Under the pieces are notes generated by a model. That model was not told the DNA's origin. It ran no database searches and was given only the letters and a program-made list of their open reading frames with translations. Below are positions 61,178-64,000 of a stretch of DNA of 64,000 bases, one piece after another (position 1 is the first letter of the stretch; the number at the start of each line of letters is the position of its first letter). The DNA comes from Zootoca vivipara (lineage: Eukaryota), in the NCBI RefSeq assembly GCF_963506605.1, contig NC_083277.1:82088001-82152000 (forward strand), given 5' to 3'. The translations under genes were made by a program, and so were the position numbers.

Positions 61178-61263
61178 TGTGCCCAGCTGGCTGGCAACCT
61201 GGCGGCGACACCATCAAGCCCACAGTGAAGGACAGCAAGGCCTTCTTCGCCAAGCAGCAGTAG
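61178..61263 (+). CDS. PRDX2: PRDX2 last coding exon (resolving Cys172)
   Basis: (V)[27 protein letters not shown]; total CDS 597 nt = 198 aa, as in human PRDX2. Confidence 0.96.
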
Positions 61264-61449
61264 AGGCGTCTTGCTGAACAAATCTGGTCTAATGTGAAGG
61301 GATTATTCATACTGAATCTTTCCCGTTGAGATCTCCAGAAGAAACTCTTTGGGGAGAGCTGGGCTACAAAAGCCTCTCCCATGAGTAGTAGTTCATAGAA
61401 GTAGCTTGAATGTAATTTTTTGAGTAGGGCATCTTTATGTTCATGCTTC

Positions 61450-61455
61450 AATAAA
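61450..61455 (+). terminator. Candidate PRDX2 poly(A) signal
   Basis: AATAAA ~190 nt after the stop. Confidence 0.7.
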
Positions 61456-61664
61456 AGTGGAGATTAAAATAAGCTTCAGTGGTAATGTTTGTTGCTGCTG
61501 AAGATAATTCGGAACGAGCAAATGACAAGGCGGATCAAAAGTGGAGAATGTGAGCTTGGACTTGCAAAGAGATTTCTTTCCTGCCTTTGGAAGGATATAC
61601 TTTTACTAAATGGGTTTGCATTGGGGTTTGATTACTATGCCCACCCTTTGGTTTTATGTGCAAA

Positions 61665-61725
61665 ATGTTGTTGTTTAGACGTGTCCGACTCTTCGTGACC
61701 CCATGGGCCATAGCACGCCAGGCAC
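61665..61725 (-). mobile_element. RTE/BovB-type 3' tail fragment
   Basis: ttgttgtttagacgtgtccgactcttcgtgaccccatgg resembles the reverse complement of the BovB/Bov-A 3' end with a (CAA)n tail. Confidence 0.55.
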
Positions 61726-64000
61726 TTGAACCCCCAAGTCCCTGTAGAGGTAACATTCCACAGGCACCTTGAAGTTAAGAGATGTAGACAGGGTGTTATA
61801 AATGGCTTGTCCAAGAAAACAGAAAAGCAAGCCTGCAGTTTTAGTATGTCTGTGCTGTCAGGGTGTACATAAGAGCCTGAGATCAAGCACTTTTCAAACT
61901 TATTTCCTTGGCTGGGACCTTTTTCCGAAGACCGGCTGAGATTTGATACAGCTGTTGCATGGGTGGTTTGTAGCAATGGCTGCTGCCATCTGAAGTAGGA
62001 AGGGGTGGGTGCTCAGCATCCTGGCTGACAGAGGACTTTATTGCTTTTGAGGAAATTAACAAGTTCAGTCAACTGGATCCTAACAGTCCTGTAAATACAA
62101 CAAGAGTTTACTTTTGTGCAATGGAGTGTTCCTGCCTCTCCTTCCCTCTGCAGTCCCATAAAAATCTGTTCCTTTGGTTGTAGGGCTCTTTGAATAATCC
62201 TGAATATGTTATTTTTTGGTAGCAGAAATCAGCCTTGCCTATGAACAGAAGAACAAAGTAATTATCTTAAGGTTCTGAGGATGACATTCAAAGCGAGAAG
62301 CATTAGCTTGCTGTAGGCTTTCCGCAGCTGGAATGAAAAGCAGGGAGTATCAAAGGCCTGGTGTGAGTTGGAATTATGTAAGCTTTAGATAGCTAGAAAC
62401 AGAATCTCCTAGGTATTAGCTGAGACCTTTTGCAAGGAATGCAGTGGCCTTCCTAAGAAGCTAAACAAACCTCTGGCATAACAAAGTAGCTTCAAGTAGC
62501 TGCCTGGATCAGCACTTGGTTCCTGAATCATTACCCAGATTCAAGATTATGGATTTACTCTGATGACAGGTTGAATGGATAAAATCTTGCTGCAGAAGAA
62601 AAAGGACTGATTAGCAAGTATAATCAGGATCATTATCTTCCTATATTGTAGTGATATCGAGGCCTAAACAAGCCCCCACCACCACCTCATTCACACTGCT
62701 GTATTTGTGCTTCTGAAGAGTTAGTCCTAAAGCACCTAGAGAATTCCAGGGTTACAGTGGTGAAGCTGGTTATGCAGATTGCATGAGTGACACTAGTCTC
62801 AAGAAATACGATTCATTCACATATTATACCTGAATTTAGGAAGTCCCGATCTTACAGCATGGTTATCTCAAGTGGGGCTTGTTCCCCACAGCAGTGCAGC
62901 ACTGGAGTCCAAGGCATCTCCAGCAGCTTCCCGCCAGTTAGCCAAAATGGTTCAGCCTCTTTCTCATTCCAAGCCATCTCCAAGGGCCGCAAACGTTTCC
63001 TGTGCCATCGCACTCCGTTACTCTGGCAGCCTTCCTCGCAATGGATGTAATTTAGGTGAATATGTAGAAGAATTAAAACAGACCTGGCTGTAGGGTGCAA
63101 TGGACACTGCTAGTTCTCAATCGCTCTGAGATCTTAATTTCTCTTAAAGCCCACAATGGGCAGTTTTACTATCAAACAATTGTGCAACGAGATGTTGCAA
63201 ATGTGTTTGTTGAAAATGTTTGCATGCTGCTTTGGAATAGTGATGGTTGTTGGGTTAACTAAGCCAGGTGGTTGCTCCAGACTGCCTGTTCATAATTTTC
63301 CATCTATTGTCCTCCAAATGTTGCTCCCCACATCAAGCCTAGCTACCAGTAATTCTGGCTGGTGATGGTATTGGGAGTCCAACAACATTTGAAGATCCCC
63401 AAGTTTCTTATCCCTCACATAAGATGCTGGCAGCACTTTTAAGGGTTATATGGAAATTGTCGTTCTTATATCAGAGGCATAGCTGCCTGTGTAGGCACTG
63501 GTAAGTTTAGACTTCAGGTGGCAGTTTCCATGCTTAATTCATGGGACAGCGTTTGTTTCTAATACTGAAGTGTCATACATCTGCCAGTAGAGGATGCTGT
63601 AACTTCATGGAACATTCTGATTCCAAACGTTGAGTGCCCAAGCCTTGAATACAACATTGGAAGGCATGGCGTCCGACTGCTGAACCATATTCCACCACCG
63701 TTATCCAATTCTATGTTTTCTGCTAGACTTCATACGAAAAAGGACCTCTAAACAGTGCTTTGTAATCTGTCTTCCCATATGGTGAGTATCAAGCACAGAA
63801 AGCAATTTCATAATACCACAGACAGGGCTCTCTTGCACAGCAAGGTATAATGTATACCTTATAAGTATACCTCTGACTTCTGTCAAACTTCCTGCTACTC
63901 TTACTAGGTGGGTGTGCTGTTTGCTGTTGAACTAGTGCTCTCCACTTTGTAATATTGAAACTGGCACGCAGAATAACTTACGGTAATCTTCATGCTCTTG

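Noticed and set aside
61980-64000. Possible next gene (JUNB/HOOK2 expected from human synteny)
   Set aside because: No recognisable exon or CpG island within the window.

Overview
Vertebrate genomic DNA from a squamate, probably a lacertid-type lizard, judged from Sauria SINEs and other squamate-type repeats. Four complete intron-containing genes can be reconstructed with in-phase GT-AG junctions: TTC1 (minus, CDS 17877->7323, 7 coding exons, 289 aa), RTBDN/riboflavin-binding-protein-like (plus, 33719->41052, 5 coding exons, 263 aa), RNASEH2A (minus, 49584->44407, 8 exons, 300 aa) and PRDX2 (plus, 55750->61263, 5 coding exons, 198 aa). RNASEH2A and PRDX2 are head-to-head. The first ~4.6 kb probably holds the terminal exon/3' UTR of an upstream plus-strand gene (PWWP2A by synteny, unconfirmed). 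Most listed ORFs are spurious. Main discoveries: (1) a 1.34-kb TA-flanked Tc1/mariner-superfamily non-autonomous element (5156-6492) carrying a GC-rich copy of what looks like ATXN7L2 coding exon 1 with its splice donor, i.e. a Pack-TIR gene-capture element; (2) a minimal hammerhead ribozyme in a Penelope-like insertion on the sense strand of the last PRDX2 intron; (3) a probable synteny junction joining TTC1 (human 5q33) to RTBDN-RNASEH2A-PRDX2 (human 19p13); (4) a retbindin that keeps all 18 Cys and the riboflavin-stacking Tyr/Trp of avian riboflavin-binding protein, plus a basic-site/EGSGSG tail; (5) a young 136-bp hAT MITE family whose arms carry ZNF143-like motifs. Gene identities and ortholog comparisons come from recalled sequences, not database searches.
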